A stretch of DNA of 49,182 nucleotides from Snowella sp. (GCA_035285545.1 JAYKGY010000066.1:1-49182); one strand, 5' to 3'. Shown: positions 31,372 to 43,563, counted from the first letter of the stretch. Notes: generated by a model from the sequence alone, not told the origin. A program made the numbers and translations.

Positions 31372-32133
31372 ATGTTATCTATGGATGGGGAATTTTCGAC
31401 ATTAATGACGAATCCTTGGGGTCTTGCTGTTCTGTTAAATAGTTTGTTGTTGGCGATCGCGTTTATTTTGCCCAAGAAATTATTAACACCAATGGGTTAT
31501 CTCCATGCCTGGGTACTGGGGGTCATCGTCTGGGGAACCTTGGGATGGCGGGGTTATGCCGTTGTCATGTTCTATTTCTTGTTTGGTTCAGCCGTTACCC
31601 GTATAGGTATCAAGCAAAAGGAAGCCGAGGGCATTGCCGAAAAACGATCAGGGCAACGAGGGCCAGAAAATGTTTGGGGATCGGCCTTTACCGCTACCCT
31701 CTGTGCGTTATTAACCTTAGTCCTAGAACCCACTTGGCAGCCCTTGTTAATTTTGGGTTATGTGGCGAGCTTTAGCACCAAATTATCCGATACAACCGCC
31801 AGTGAAGTGGGGAAAGCCTACGGAAAACGCACTTTTTTAATTACGACCTTGCAACCTGTACCGAGAGGAACGGAAGGAGCCGTCAGCTTAGAAGGAACCT
31901 TAGCGGGAATCGTCGGATCGCTGTTAATTGCGGTGTTAGCTTGGGGTTTGGGGATGATTGATCTCTATGGGGTGGGTTGGTGCGCGATCGCTGCTTTTAT
32001 TGCTACCAATTTAGAAAGTGTGATCGGGGCAACCTTACAAAATCAATGGAACTGGTTAACCAACGAAGTCGTTAATGGGATTAATACCTTGATCGGGGCC
32101 GCGATCGCTATTGCGTTAGGAGCTTGGATTTAA
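31372..32133 (+). CDS. TIGR00297/DUF92 membrane protein (VTE6-like)
   Basis: GIAEKRSGQRGPENVWGSA, KLSDTTASEVGKAYG, GTEGAVSLEGT. Confidence 0.9.
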   Translation: MLSMDGEFSTLMTNPWGLAVLLNSLLLAIAFILPKKLLTPMGYLHAWVLGVIVWGTLGWRGYAVVMFYFLFGSAVTRIGIKQKEAEGIAEKRSGQRGPENVWGSAFTATLCALLTLVLEPTWQPLLILGYVASFSTKLSDTTASEVGKAYGKRTFLITTLQPVPRGTEGAVSLEGTLAGIVGSLLIAVLAWGLGMIDLYGVGWCAIAAFIATNLESVIGATLQNQWNWLTNEVVNGINTLIGAAIAIALGAWI

Positions 32134-32136
32134 ATA

Positions 32137-33135
32137 ATGACGAAACGGATGTTTGTGACAGGGGGAACGGGATTTGTTGGAGCCAATCTCATTCGTTTAT
32201 TGTTGGCCGAAGGTTATCACGTCAGAGCCTTAATTCGTCCCCAAAGTTGTTTCGATAATCTCGAAGGCTTAAATATCGAATGGGTGAAAGGAGATTTAAC
32301 AGATCGGAATTTGGCCGAAAAAATGCAGGGATGCGAGGGCTTATTCCATGTGGCGGCTCATTATTCTCTCTGGCAAAAAGACCGTGAGCAACTGTATCAA
32401 AGCAATGTGTTAGGGACTCGAAATATATTGGCTTCAGCAAAAAAAGCAGGGATTGAACGCTGCATTTATACCAGTTCCGTTGCCGCTATTGGGTTGGATA
32501 AAACAGGCGAACCTGTCGATGAACGCTTCCAAAGTCCTGTGGAAAATTTGGTGGGAGAATACAAAAAATCGAAGTATTGGGCAGAGCAAGAGGCGGTTAA
32601 AGCCGCTAAATCGGGGCAAGACGTAGTAATTGTTAACCCTAGCACTCCCATCGGCCCTTGGGATATTAAACCGACTCCGACGGGCGATATTATTCTGCGA
32701 TTTTTGCGGCGACAGATGCCTGCCTATGTGGAAACGGGGTTAAATCTCATTGATGTGCGGGATGTGGCCAAAGGTCATCTTCTTGCTTGGGAAAAGGGCA
32801 AAAGCGGAGATCGCTATATTCTGGGTCATCAAAACGTGAGTCTGAAAAATATGTTAGAAATGCTATCGGAGATCACAGGATTACCCGCCCCGAAAAATAC
32901 CGTTCCCTTATGGTTGCCCCTAACCGTTGCCTGGGTTGATGAAAATGTATTAGCTCCTTTGGGTAAAACGCCCTCTGTCCCCTTAGATGGGGTAAAAATG
33001 TCGGCCCATCCTATGTACTACGATGCCAGTAAAGCTGTGAGGGAATTAGGTTTGCCCCAATCTCCCATTCAGCAAGCTCTCAAAGATGCTGTCGAGTGGT
33101 TTATTCAACAGGGCTACGTTAAAGGAGATCGCTGA
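32137..33135 (+). CDS. hpnA: Hopanoid-associated sugar epimerase (extended SDR)
   Basis: VTGGTGFVG, HVAAHYSLW, YKKSK, NPSTPIGPWDIKPTPTG. Confidence 0.88.
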   Translation: MTKRMFVTGGTGFVGANLIRLLLAEGYHVRALIRPQSCFDNLEGLNIEWVKGDLTDRNLAEKMQGCEGLFHVAAHYSLWQKDREQLYQSNVLGTRNILASAKKAGIERCIYTSSVAAIGLDKTGEPVDERFQSPVENLVGEYKKSKYWAEQEAVKAAKSGQDVVIVNPSTPIGPWDIKPTPTGDIILRFLRRQMPAYVETGLNLIDVRDVAKGHLLAWEKGKSGDRYILGHQNVSLKNMLEMLSEITGLPAPKNTVPLWLPLTVAWVDENVLAPLGKTPSVPLDGVKMSAHPMYYDASKAVRELGLPQSPIQQALKDAVEWFIQQGYVKGDR

Positions 33136-34163
33136 TTGAACCAATCTAAAACCCGATTCCAAGCCCACCATTGATCGGGATCGTTGGCCAACCGTTGACC
33201 CACTTTGCTGCTGATGTAACCCACATGACCTCCATAACGAGTCACCATTAAATCTAGAGCCGAATTTGCTTTTCCAATAGCTTCTAATTCAGGTACTAAT
33301 TGGGGATGAAATAAGGGATCATCGGCGGCGTAAATAATCAACGTGGGTTTACTCAAATAGGGTAAAAACGGTAAGGCACTACTAGCTGTGTAATAATCCG
33401 ACACTGACGCAAACCCTAAACGGGGAATCACTAATTCTTGATCAAAGCCCCAAATACTATTGGCTCGTTGAATGGCTGCTGGATCAATCTCTTGGGGATG
33501 AAACTGATGGAGGTGCCAAGCTAAACGCTGAAGTTGTTGGGTAATGGCTTTCTCCATGTATTGTCCTATCGGATGGGCCATTAAATAGCGCAATGACCGT
33601 TCCGAATCCAAACTCGGACAAATGACGGCTCCCCCTGCAATCTCAGAGGTTTTTAAACCGAAATTGGCTTCTAAGGCTTCGGCTTTTTTGATACCCCATA
33701 ATGCTAACTGTCCCCCCAAGGAATACCCCGTAAACCAAAAAGGGGCAGGACAGCCTAATTTCTTCGATTGAGCGGAAATTCTAACAAAATCTTCCCCTTC
33801 GTATAAGCCATCCGAGGTTAAGGTGGGAGACAATTCAGCCGTTTTTCCGTGGGCCCGCCAATCAAATAACACCACTGCAAACCCCTGAGCAAAAGCTTTT
33901 CGTCCTAATAGGCGAAGAAACCACTGATTATTTAAATCTCCCGTAATGCCATAGGTTCCCACAATGGTAGCCTTGGGATTTTCTGGGATCGCGACCCAAC
34001 CAAAAAGGGGAACATCATCAGATCCCTGAAAAATGTGTTCCTGATAGATTGGTTCGGGATGAGGGGTTGTTTGTTCCCAATGACGACTAGCTCCCCAAAC
34101 ACTATAGAGGGTCATGGAGACCCCATTTTTTAACGGGAATGGCGGAATAAAATCGGGAAACAT
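33114..34163 (-). CDS. YheT-family alpha/beta hydrolase
   Basis: GYSLGG nucleophile elbow, DDP and GGHVGY. Confidence 0.88.
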   Translation of the reverse strand: MFPDFIPPFPLKNGVSMTLYSVWGASRHWEQTTPHPEPIYQEHIFQGSDDVPLFGWVAIPENPKATIVGTYGITGDLNNQWFLRLLGRKAFAQGFAVVLFDWRAHGKTAELSPTLTSDGLYEGEDFVRISAQSKKLGCPAPFWFTGYSLGGQLALWGIKKAEALEANFGLKTSEIAGGAVICPSLDSERSLRYLMAHPIGQYMEKAITQQLQRLAWHLHQFHPQEIDPAAIQRANSIWGFDQELVIPRLGFASVSDYYTASSALPFLPYLSKPTLIIYAADDPLFHPQLVPELEAIGKANSALDLMVTRYGGHVGYISSKVGQRLANDPDQWWAWNRVLDWFNQRSPLT

Positions 34164-34280
34164 TCTGGCGATGGGAAATGGTTAGATTGATTCGGCTTCT
34201 TAATTCCTAAAACGAATCAGAAGAATGACCTCAAAAGGACTTTGTTACCTTTCTTAACAATCTATTCTATCGCGCTTAGT

Positions 34281-34709
34281 TTAGTTGTTGGTTTTAGTGC
34301 TTGCTGGCTTAGTTTGCTTTTTTTGAGACTTGCTAGCTTCTTTTTTGCCTTGCTTTTTAGCATTTTTTGCGTTTTTATTTTCCTGTTCTTTGATCCCCAT
34401 CGTGGTTTTAACTTGCTTAATGATCTGATTCTCGTTGATGGGTTTAAAGGTTACCATTCTTTGTGAGGTGGCAAGCCCCTCTTTTTTCTTCACGGGCTTA
34501 TCTAGAAGTTTTTGGCTGGGATTGACTTCAGGTTGAGAAACGCCTTTTAAGGATTCTTCGCCCAATTTAAACCCTAAGAAACTGCTCCCTAAAGCCGTTA
34601 ACAGCGCGATCGCGACGACCCAGGTTAAGGGAGAGTGGAGGTCAAAGTGAATATTTTTGAAAGAATGAGTCAATTTATTCTTTAAGGAGTCAACGGAAAG
34701 GGTTTTCAT
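34281..34709 (-). CDS. Hypothetical single-TM protein with Lys-rich tail
   Basis: TM segment followed by GEESLKGVSQPEVNP; start uncertain (ATG 34709 or TTG 34715). Confidence 0.7.
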   Translation of the reverse strand: MKTLSVDSLKNKLTHSFKNIHFDLHSPLTWVVAIALLTALGSSFLGFKLGEESLKGVSQPEVNPSQKLLDKPVKKKEGLATSQRMVTFKPINENQIIKQVKTTMGIKEQENKNAKNAKKQGKKEASKSQKKQTKPASTKTNN

Positions 34710-34886
34710 CGGCAATAAAATTTAAAATATTTAGAAATTTAGCATTAACGCTAGCATTGTGACATAGATATGCAGAAAAATAAAATAGAAAAGGGAACAA
34801 AAATCTAAAAATTCTTGTCTTTACTCAACTTCGTTCTTTTAATGATAAGGCTTTGCTCGTTTCAGGGATAAAGCTTGGATTCTAAT

Positions 34887-35700
34887 TCATTGTTCAATCC
34901 GTAGCCGTTGTGTTACCCAAATCATGCCATCGTAGCCAATGACAACTCCCGATAACCAGCGATCGCCAGGTTTTAATGGTGCTTTGGCCCGCTTAAATAA
35001 TCCCCCCGCTTGTAATAGTTCTAATTCTAAATTCGCAGGATAAAGGTAATTTTCCCCATTAATCACTTGATTGAGAGCCGCACCTGCAAATAAGTTGTTG
35101 CCGAGAGGGTCTTTTAAAATAACATCAAAATCAAACTCCTGACCCGGACGAACACTTTCAGGAAGCTTGATATCTACTTCCGGTGGCTTTTTGCCCGATT
35201 TTACCGTAATTTTTTCGTTTAAAATCTGTTGACGAACTAATTTATCCCCTTGAATGGTTTGTTGAGAAAGGATGGTTCCACTCAGAATGGACTGGGCCTC
35301 TTGAAATTGACCCGTTCCTTGAATTTGGGTTCTTGTTTTCGCAATGATATTATTGCCGTCTTGTTGCCAGGAAATCAGTTCTGTTGTGTACTTTAAATCA
35401 GGATACTGTTGCCAAAGATCCTGAAGGGCTTTTTCGAGGTTGGTGTAATTGAGTCCGTCATTGTTAATAAAATTCGGGCTATAAAATTGCTTGATTTGCT
35501 CTATATTTCGCTGATTGGCGGCACTATCTATTTGGTTGATTAAGGTTTTTAAAGAAGCGGGAGCATTTGCTGGTTCTGCGGCTTTGAGATAGCTAGCCAC
35601 ACTGAGGGTCATTCCTAAACTAAGCAAAAAAGCCATTGACCAGTTTACCGACTTGAAGCGAATGGATGAGGATAAGCGAGAGAACAGAACACGCATCATA
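34887..35700 (-). CDS. Secreted NTF2-like domain protein
   Basis: Signal peptide, then IDSAAN...FYSPNF.NNDGL...LW.QYP; start uncertain. Confidence 0.7.
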
Positions 35701-35819
35701 AAATTGGTTGATTTAAGAAAATAGCAGCGGCGAGCAAGAAACCCTTCAATGGGAACATGGTACAAGATATATTATGTCTTTACCGTAAAAAACTGACAAA
35801 TTGTAATTATTATTTGACG

Positions 35820-36878
35820 ATGCCCCAACCGATTCGTTTATTAATTGCAGCCAGTGGCACGGGGGGACACCTCTTTCCGGCCCTTGCGCTTGCTCAACAG
35901 TTACCGGATTATCAAATTGAATGGTTAGGGGTTCCTAATCGCTTGGAACAAACCCTTGTCCCCAAGGAATATTCGCTATATACGATTCCGGTAGAGGGGT
36001 TTCAAGGCGGATTCAGTCTCAAAACCGTAAAGGTGCTTTGGGGATTAGTTTCTTCCGTTTTTAAGGTACGAAAGCTGTTAAAACAACACAAGATTGATGT
36101 GATTTGTACAACGGGCGGTTATATTGCTGGGCCAACGGTGGTAGCGGCGCGATCGCTGAAGATTCCCGTGATTCTCCATGAAGCGAATTTCATTCCAGGT
36201 AAAGTAACTAAATTATTTGCTTCTTCCTTTCATACAGTAGCCTTAGGCTTTGCCGGAACCGCCCAATTTTTGCCGAAAATTAAAACCGTTTGGGTGAGTA
36301 CCCCCGTGCGATCGCCGTTTTTAAAACCTCAAACTTTAGATTTACCGATTCCCGAAGATAAAACCTTAATCGTTATTGCGGGTGGTTCCCAGGGGGCGGT
36401 GTCTGTCAATCAAAAAATTCGTCCTTGTGTGGCGGCTTGGGTAGAAGCCGGAGCCTATATTGTGCATCTCACGGGAAATAATGATCCTGAAGCCGAAACC
36501 TTTAGCCATCCTAATTATTTAGCCTTGCCCTTTTATGACAATATGGCAGGTTTACTGCAACGAGCAGATTTAGCCATTAGTCGAGCGGGTGCCGGAACTT
36601 TAACCGAATTAGCGGTTACCCAAACCCCTTCTATTTTGATTCCCTATCCTTTTGCGGCTGAAGATCATCAACGCTACAATGCCAAAGTTTTTGAGGAAGC
36701 GGGCGCGGCCTATGTCTATGCCCAAAAACAATTAACTGCTGAGGGGTTAGAAAAAGCCGTCTTGGATTTACTGCGATCGCCGGAAGAACTCGCCAAGATG
36801 GCCGAAGCCGCCAGTTCCCTTGCCATGATCGATAGTGCCGAGCAATTAGCCCAACTCGTCCGCCAAGCCGTCGAATAA
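35820..36878 (+). CDS. murG: Undecaprenyldiphospho-muramoylpentapeptide GlcNAc transferase
   Basis: SGTGGHLFPALA, GGYIAGP, HEAN, GGSQGA, SRAGAGT, DHQ..NA. Confidence 0.96.
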   Translation: MPQPIRLLIAASGTGGHLFPALALAQQLPDYQIEWLGVPNRLEQTLVPKEYSLYTIPVEGFQGGFSLKTVKVLWGLVSSVFKVRKLLKQHKIDVICTTGGYIAGPTVVAARSLKIPVILHEANFIPGKVTKLFASSFHTVALGFAGTAQFLPKIKTVWVSTPVRSPFLKPQTLDLPIPEDKTLIVIAGGSQGAVSVNQKIRPCVAAWVEAGAYIVHLTGNNDPEAETFSHPNYLALPFYDNMAGLLQRADLAISRAGAGTLTELAVTQTPSILIPYPFAAEDHQRYNAKVFEEAGAAYVYAQKQLTAEGLEKAVLDLLRSPEELAKMAEAASSLAMIDSAEQLAQLVRQAVE

Positions 36879-36883
36879 TGAAT

Positions 36884-36908
36884 AAAAAACTCCCTGATGA
36901 AAGGGAGT
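36884..36908 (-). terminator. Intrinsic terminator between convergent murG and petH
   Basis: Stem ACTCCCT/AGGGAGT with an A6 run on the left (a U-tract for the petH transcript). Confidence 0.7.
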
Positions 36909-36934
36909 CAATGATTTTTGAAAGATGGCAAACC

Positions 36935-38200
<1,266 letters not shown>

Positions 38201-38398
38201 TCAAACTAAATTAAATTATTGACGGTACTATTTAGACTACCATCGTAGGGTTATTTGATTGAGTCAGAAGGCGCGAGAACCGTTCCCCTCCTATTTCGCT
38301 TCACGATAGCAAAAGCGTCTTAGGCAAAACTGTTAAGCTAGTATCATTTCTCTCTTCGATCAGGGGCTTTTCCTCTCGGAGATTAGGAACTGAAGCTT

Positions 38399-38412
38399 GT
38401 AGAAGAGAATAC
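38399..38412. promoter_or_regulatory. Candidate NtcA box (GTA-N8-TAC)
   Basis: GTAGAAGAGAATAC in the divergent petH-prk intergenic region; short motif, so a chance match is possible. Confidence 0.4.
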
Positions 38413-38664
38413 CGTTCTGGTAAAATTTAGTGTCATAAGTTTGTATCTAGAATTTAGCTGGATCTTGCTTGAGTCTTGCGGATGATATTGCCGCGATCGC
38501 CTTCAGGAAATCTCTTGAGATCAGTGGTAAGCTCAACGAAAGGCCTTTAAACCCATAGGCTTTGGGTTAACTCTCTTTAAATTTACTTAAGAAAAAAATT
38601 TAAGAGAAAGTTTATTTTCATTTGAAATCGGGTTAACAATCAGTTTTGCATTTAGAGGACAGTT

Positions 38665-39663
38665 ATGACCACTCAGCCAGACCGCGTGGTTCTTATCGGT
38701 GTTGCTGGAGATTCCGGTTGCGGTAAATCAACCTTTTTACGCCGTTTAATCGATTTATTTGGCGAAGAATTTATGACGGTTATCTGCCTTGATGACTATC
38801 ATAGTCTTGACCGTCAGGGACGTAAGGTAGCAGGTGTTACAGCCCTCGATCCCAAAGCCAACAATTTTGACCTTATGTATGAGCAAATCAAGGCACTCAA
38901 AGAAGGTCAATTTATCATGAAACCGATTTATAACCACGAAACAGGAATGATCGATCCGCCAGAAAAAATCGATCCCAACAAAGTGGTTGTAATTGAAGGT
39001 TTACATCCTTTATATGACGCAAGAGTTAGAGAATTAATTGATTTCAGCGTTTATCTTGATATTAGCGATGAAGTTAAAGTTAATTGGAAAATTCAACGGG
39101 ATATGGCAGAACGGGGTCACACCTACGATGATGTTATTGCCTCCATTAATGCCAGAAAACCCGATTTTACCGCTTATATCGAACCTCAAAAGCAATACGC
39201 TGACGTAGTAATTCAGGTACTTCCTACCCAACTGATGGACGACAAAGAAAGTAAGCTCTTACGAGTCCGCCTTGTCCAGAAAGATGGGGTTGAATTCTTC
39301 GAGCCTGCCTACCTATTTGATGAAGGGTCTACCATTGATTGGCGGCCTTGTGGTCGGAAGTTGACCTGTACCTATCCGGGTCTCAAGATGTACTACGGCC
39401 CCGACAATTTCATGGGGAACGAGGTTTCTATCCTTGAAGTCGATGGTAAATTCGATAATTTAGAAGAAATGATCTACGTCGAAAGCCATCTGAGCAAAAC
39501 AGGAACGAAATATTACGGTGAAATGACCGAATTATTGATTAAACACAAGGAATATCCGGGTTCTGATAATGGAACGGGCTTATTCCAGGTGTTAGTCGGC
39601 TTAAAAATGCGCGAAGTTTATGAACACTTGACGGCTGAAGCTAAAGTTCCTGCGGCTGTCTAA
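38665..39663 (+). CDS. prk: Phosphoribulokinase
   Basis: GVAGDSGCGKST, ICLDDYHSLDR, KIQRDMAERGH. Confidence 0.98.
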   Translation: MTTQPDRVVLIGVAGDSGCGKSTFLRRLIDLFGEEFMTVICLDDYHSLDRQGRKVAGVTALDPKANNFDLMYEQIKALKEGQFIMKPIYNHETGMIDPPEKIDPNKVVVIEGLHPLYDARVRELIDFSVYLDISDEVKVNWKIQRDMAERGHTYDDVIASINARKPDFTAYIEPQKQYADVVIQVLPTQLMDDKESKLLRVRLVQKDGVEFFEPAYLFDEGSTIDWRPCGRKLTCTYPGLKMYYGPDNFMGNEVSILEVDGKFDNLEEMIYVESHLSKTGTKYYGEMTELLIKHKEYPGSDNGTGLFQVLVGLKMREVYEHLTAEAKVPAAV

Positions 39664-39691
39664 AACTAAAATTCATTTTTGATCGTCTTCG

Positions 39692-39724
39692 GTCGTGGGG
39701 GTTAATTCGCTCTCACGATTTTTT
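39692..39724 (+). terminator. Intrinsic terminator after prk
   Basis: GTCGTGGGGG/CTCTCACGAT stem followed by a T run. Confidence 0.7.
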
Positions 39725-39805
39725 ATAGATTACCCTAAAAACAGAAAAGAGAAGCAGCTAACTTCTCCTTGCCAAATTCTTAAAAACCTAAAAAAATGAT
39801 GAATT

Positions 39806-40114
39806 ATGACAACAACGATTGAAACCGACTTGAAAGACGTTCTCGCTAGATTAGATCAACGCTTTGATCGCTTAGAGCAACGATTAGATAAGATTGATTC
39901 CGATATAACCGATTTAAAGATCAATCAAGTTCGGATGGAAGAAAAACTATCAGGACAAATAAACGCTTTAGATGAACGGTTATCGGGACAGATAAGTGTC
40001 TTAGACGAGAAAGTGACGGGATTTGGTAAACGCTTAGAAAATCAAGAATTTACCAATCGTGGTATTTTCATCGCTCTGATTAAAGGAAAAGTAAGATCAT
40101 GTTGCAATTTTTAA
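39806..40114 (+). CDS. Small coiled-coil protein (cyanobacterial DUF4164/XhlA-like), C-terminus possibly truncated
   Basis: Heptad repeats (LDQRFDRLEQRLDKID; LSGQI twice). The hydrophobic tail breaks off after IFIALI and the ORF runs 16 nt into the next gene. Confidence 0.6.
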   Translation: MTTTIETDLKDVLARLDQRFDRLEQRLDKIDSDITDLKINQVRMEEKLSGQINALDERLSGQISVLDEKVTGFGKRLENQEFTNRGIFIALIKGKVRSCCNF

Positions 40115-40398
40115 TTTTGACGGTTTTTGTGTTATTTGGAGCGGTTGAGTTATTCCAATGGCTAAAGGGCGTAATGTTACCGTTACCGATTTATGTTTTG
40201 GCGGGGGCTTTTTTGGCGATCGCGTCTAATTACGATAAAGGCATGGGTCTATTACTCAATTTACGCACCACTTCCAATGAAAACTTAGTCCAAACGGCCG
40301 TGATAGTTGAACCAGATCCCCTGGTGTTGACTGCTGATAACTCAACTGGCTCAACAGTTACAGAAAATTCTCAGGAATCCTCGGTTAACATAGAATAA
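40099..40398 (+). CDS. Hypothetical membrane protein
   Basis: FVLFGAVELFQW...LPLPIYVLAGAFLAIASNY; AGGA RBS upstream. Confidence 0.72.
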   Translation: MLQFLILTVFVLFGAVELFQWLKGVMLPLPIYVLAGAFLAIASNYDKGMGLLLNLRTTSNENLVQTAVIVEPDPLVLTADNSTGSTVTENSQESSVNIE

Positions 40399-40468
40399 GG
40401 CTGGAAATAAAAAGTCGGTTGAAGCAGTCGTTAACATGGAAGAAAATTCAATTTAGGAGTAAAAATTG

Positions 40469-40762
40469 ATGGAAAAACTGTTACCAGCCGAAGCAGATAT
40501 TAAAGATATTTTAAATAAAATAGACCAGAAATTAGATGGCTTATTAGATGATATAAATGATATTCGGGTTAGTGGGATAACGCTCAACACTAAAATTGAT
40601 CAATTAGAGAAAGATATTAGAGAAATTAAAGATTTTCACCGTACACAAATCTGGAGATTAATTTGGATCTTAGTTTGGACTTTAGTGGGGATTGTTTCAA
40701 CGATGCTTTTAGGAGCGATCACCGCCTTTATTTTGATTGCCTTGCCTAATAAAATCGCTTAG
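40469..40762 (+). CDS. Small coiled-coil protein with C-terminal TM (XhlA-like)
   Basis: AGGAG RBS, heptad pattern, then QIWRLIWILV hydrophobic tail. Confidence 0.65.
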   Translation: MEKLLPAEADIKDILNKIDQKLDGLLDDINDIRVSGITLNTKIDQLEKDIREIKDFHRTQIWRLIWILVWTLVGIVSTMLLGAITAFILIALPNKIA

Positions 40763-40810
40763 ACTAAGAATTAAATTTATCCACGATTAGGATTAAAAGA
40801 GAGACAAAAT

Positions 40811-41608
40811 ATGGATAAACAAGAACTCCCAATTAATAATCCTGCTGAAAGACTTTACGTTATTTTAACTACAGCAGCAGAAACTTCAAATGGGTATTAT
40901 ATTTCACAGGTAATATGTAAGGCGATGCAAATAGAACATACCAAGGAAAATTTTATTAAAGGTTTTAATGAATTACTTACATTATTAGAAGTCATTGAAA
41001 AAGAAGTCAAACAATACTTTTCTTCTCGTAAACAAAGAAGTTATTTAAGCTTAATCAAGGAAATTAAAATATCTATTGTTAATGCTTTTGCTTTAGGTGT
41101 TTATAATAATAATAGTAAATGGAGTGATGTAGAAAATTTAAACGATAAAAATTGGCCAATATTGCAATCATTTAACGCTTGTGTAGACGATTTTGAAGAA
41201 AATGGAATGCGCTATGGAATTAGTATCAAAAAAGATCTTTTAAATGATTTGATAAATGATGTAGATATTTGGATTAAAGAAATTAATGAATCTCAACTTG
41301 ATAAAGATGTTAAAGATTTTTTTATTCATAAATTTATGGAAATCAAACATCTTTTAGAAAAATATTATTATTATGGCTCATCTCGCATCAAAACAGAAAT
41401 TTATGCCACGATCATGGAAATTGGAATTTATCAAGGAAATTTTACAGAAGATAAAAAAGATGAAAGTAGGAATTTTTTAAATACTTTTTTGGGCAAACTT
41501 TTTGATTTGGCTGCTAAATTTGAACCGCTAGTAAGTTTATTAGCTAATGGATCAGTAGTAATTCCAGGAGGAATAAATATAATAAAAAATCTTCTTTCAG
41601 GTAGCTAA
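40811..41608 (+). CDS. Hypothetical protein (AT-rich gene)
   Basis: 265-aa ORF with no recognised motif; markedly AT-rich. Confidence 0.7.
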   Translation: MDKQELPINNPAERLYVILTTAAETSNGYYISQVICKAMQIEHTKENFIKGFNELLTLLEVIEKEVKQYFSSRKQRSYLSLIKEIKISIVNAFALGVYNNNSKWSDVENLNDKNWPILQSFNACVDDFEENGMRYGISIKKDLLNDLINDVDIWIKEINESQLDKDVKDFFIHKFMEIKHLLEKYYYYGSSRIKTEIYATIMEIGIYQGNFTEDKKDESRNFLNTFLGKLFDLAAKFEPLVSLLANGSVVIPGGINIIKNLLSGS

Positions 41609-41634
41609 AATATAAGTTGAATGATTTTTATAAA

Positions 41635-43563
41635 ATGGACATTCCTCGGCTTCATCCCGATACGATTGAAGAAATAAAACAACGGGTTGATATTGTTGAT
41701 ATCATCTCCGAGCACGTTGTCTTAAAAAAACGAGGAAAAGATTTCTCAGGACTTTGCCCCTTTCATGACGAAAAATCCCCTAGTTTTACCGTTAGTCCGA
41801 CTAAGCAAATGTATTATTGCTTTGGTTGTGGACAGGGGGGAAATGCCTTTAAATTTTTAATGGAATTGGGTAAACGGTCTTTTGCGGATGTGGCTTTAGA
41901 TTTAGCTAAACGCTATCAAATTCCTATTAAAACCCTAGAACCTGAGCAGAAAAAAGAATTTCAACGGCAACTATCCCACCGTGAACAACTCTACGAAATT
42001 TTAGCGGTGACAACCCATTTTTATCAACACGTTCTCCGTCAACCCGAAGGACAAAAAGCACTAAGTTATTTAGTTGAAAAGCGGGGATTAAAAAAAGAGA
42101 TTATCCATCAATTTCAACTCGGTTATGCCCCTGAAGGTTGGGAAACGCTGTATCGCTATTTAGTCGAACAAAAACGCTATCCCCTGGCATTAGTCGAAGA
42201 AGTCGGTCTGATTAAACCCCGCAAAAATAGTAACGGGCATTATGACCAATTTCGCGATCGCCTGATGATTCCCATTTGTGATATTCAAGGGCGAGTGATT
42301 GGCTTTGGTAGTCGTACTTTAGGTAACGATGAACCAAAATATTTAAATTCTCCCGAAACCCCTTTATTTGATAAAGGCAAAACTTTATTTGGTTTAGATA
42401 AGGCGAAAAATGCGATTCAGAAACAGGATCAGGCTATTGTGGTTGAAGGTTATTTTGATGTGATTGCCCTCCATTCGGTGGGAATTAATCAGGCGATCGC
42501 GGCATTAGGAACGGCATTTAGTCAAGAACAATTAACCCTATTACTGCGTTATACCGAGTCCAAACAAGTCATTTTTAACTTTGATGCGGATAAGGCAGGT
42601 GTTAAAGCAACCCAACGCGCGATCGGTGAAATTGAACCTTTGATTTATAGTGGACAAGTTAATTTGAAAATCCTCAATCTTCCTGAAGGAAAAGATGCCG
42701 ATGAATTTTTAAAAGCTAATCCTGAAAACTTACAGAAATATTATCAATTAGTAGAAAAAGCTCCCCTCTGGTTTGATTGGCAAATTCAACAGTTATTAAA
42801 AGATAAAAATCTCAAACAAGCGGATCATTTTGAACAAGTTGCTAAAGGAATGATTCAGCTATTAAATCAATTAAAAGATAGTAATCAACGTTCCTATTAT
42901 TTACAACATTGTGCTGAAATTTTGAGTCAAGGAGACATCCGTTTATTATCCATTCAACTCAATAATTTATCCAGTCAGTTAAACAGTAAAGGAGGTGTTG
43001 TTAAACCCAGAGTTAAAGCAGAGCAAAATGTTACTCATCAAGAAATTTTAAGTTTTGACACAAATGGCCGTTTAAAAGCTGCTGAAACCTTAATCTTACG
43101 AATTTATCTTCACTGTCCTGAAGCTCGAAAAGAAATTACTGAAAAATTAGAAGAAAAAGATTTAGTTTTTAATTATGCTCACTATCGTTTTCTCTGGCAA
43201 AAAATCCTAGAAATCCAAGATACTATTTCACTGGGGAGTGATCCCAATAATCGTTTGATGAGTTTGCTACAAGATACCTATTTAGAGTCTTTTGATCAAA
43301 TCGAGCCAGTCCAATTTTTATTTCATTTAGACGAGAAAACTAATGAAGATATTTTCCGTTCTTCTCTACAAATAAACGAAGCGATCGCGACTATTGAAAC
43401 AATTTCCATAGAGCAATACTCCCAGCATTGTTTAATAAGATGGAAAGAGTGTTTAAAAATCAATGATCTAGAACGCACTCAATATTATTATCAAGAATTC
43501 CTAAAATCTAAACAAGAAATTGAAATACTGAATCAGCAAAGAATTGGTCAGAATATTTTATGA
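41635..43563 (+). CDS. dnaG: DNA primase
   Basis: CPFH...CFGC zinc-binding domain, KYLNSPET, EGYFDV, FDADKAG, KDADE. Confidence 0.98.
   Translation: MDIPRLHPDTIEEIKQRVDIVDIISEHVVLKKRGKDFSGLCPFHDEKSPSFTVSPTKQMYYCFGCGQGGNAFKFLMELGKRSFADVALDLAKRYQIPIKTLEPEQKKEFQRQLSHREQLYEILAVTTHFYQHVLRQPEGQKALSYLVEKRGLKKEIIHQFQLGYAPEGWETLYRYLVEQKRYPLALVEEVGLIKPRKNSNGHYDQFRDRLMIPICDIQGRVIGFGSRTLGNDEPKYLNSPETPLFDKGKTLFGLDKAKNAIQKQDQAIVVEGYFDVIALHSVGINQAIAALGTAFSQEQLTLLLRYTESKQVIFNFDADKAGVKATQRAIGEIEPLIYSGQVNLKILNLPEGKDADEFLKANPENLQKYYQLVEKAPLWFDWQIQQLLKDKNLKQADHFEQVAKGMIQLLNQLKDSNQRSYYLQHCAEILSQGDIRLLSIQLNNLSSQLNSKGGVVKPRVKAEQNVTHQEILSFDTNGRLKAAETLILRIYLHCPEARKEITEKLEEKDLVFNYAHYRFLWQKILEIQDTISLGSDPNNRLMSLLQDTYLESFDQIEPVQFLFHLDEKTNEDIFRSSLQINEAIATIETISIEQYSQHCLIRWKECLKINDLERTQYYYQEFLKSKQEIEILNQQRIGQNIL

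Noticed and set aside
34845..34855. ATAAGGCTTTG, an 11-nt match to the CRISPR repeat
   Set aside because: Short, isolated and 4 kb from the effector; compatible with chance.
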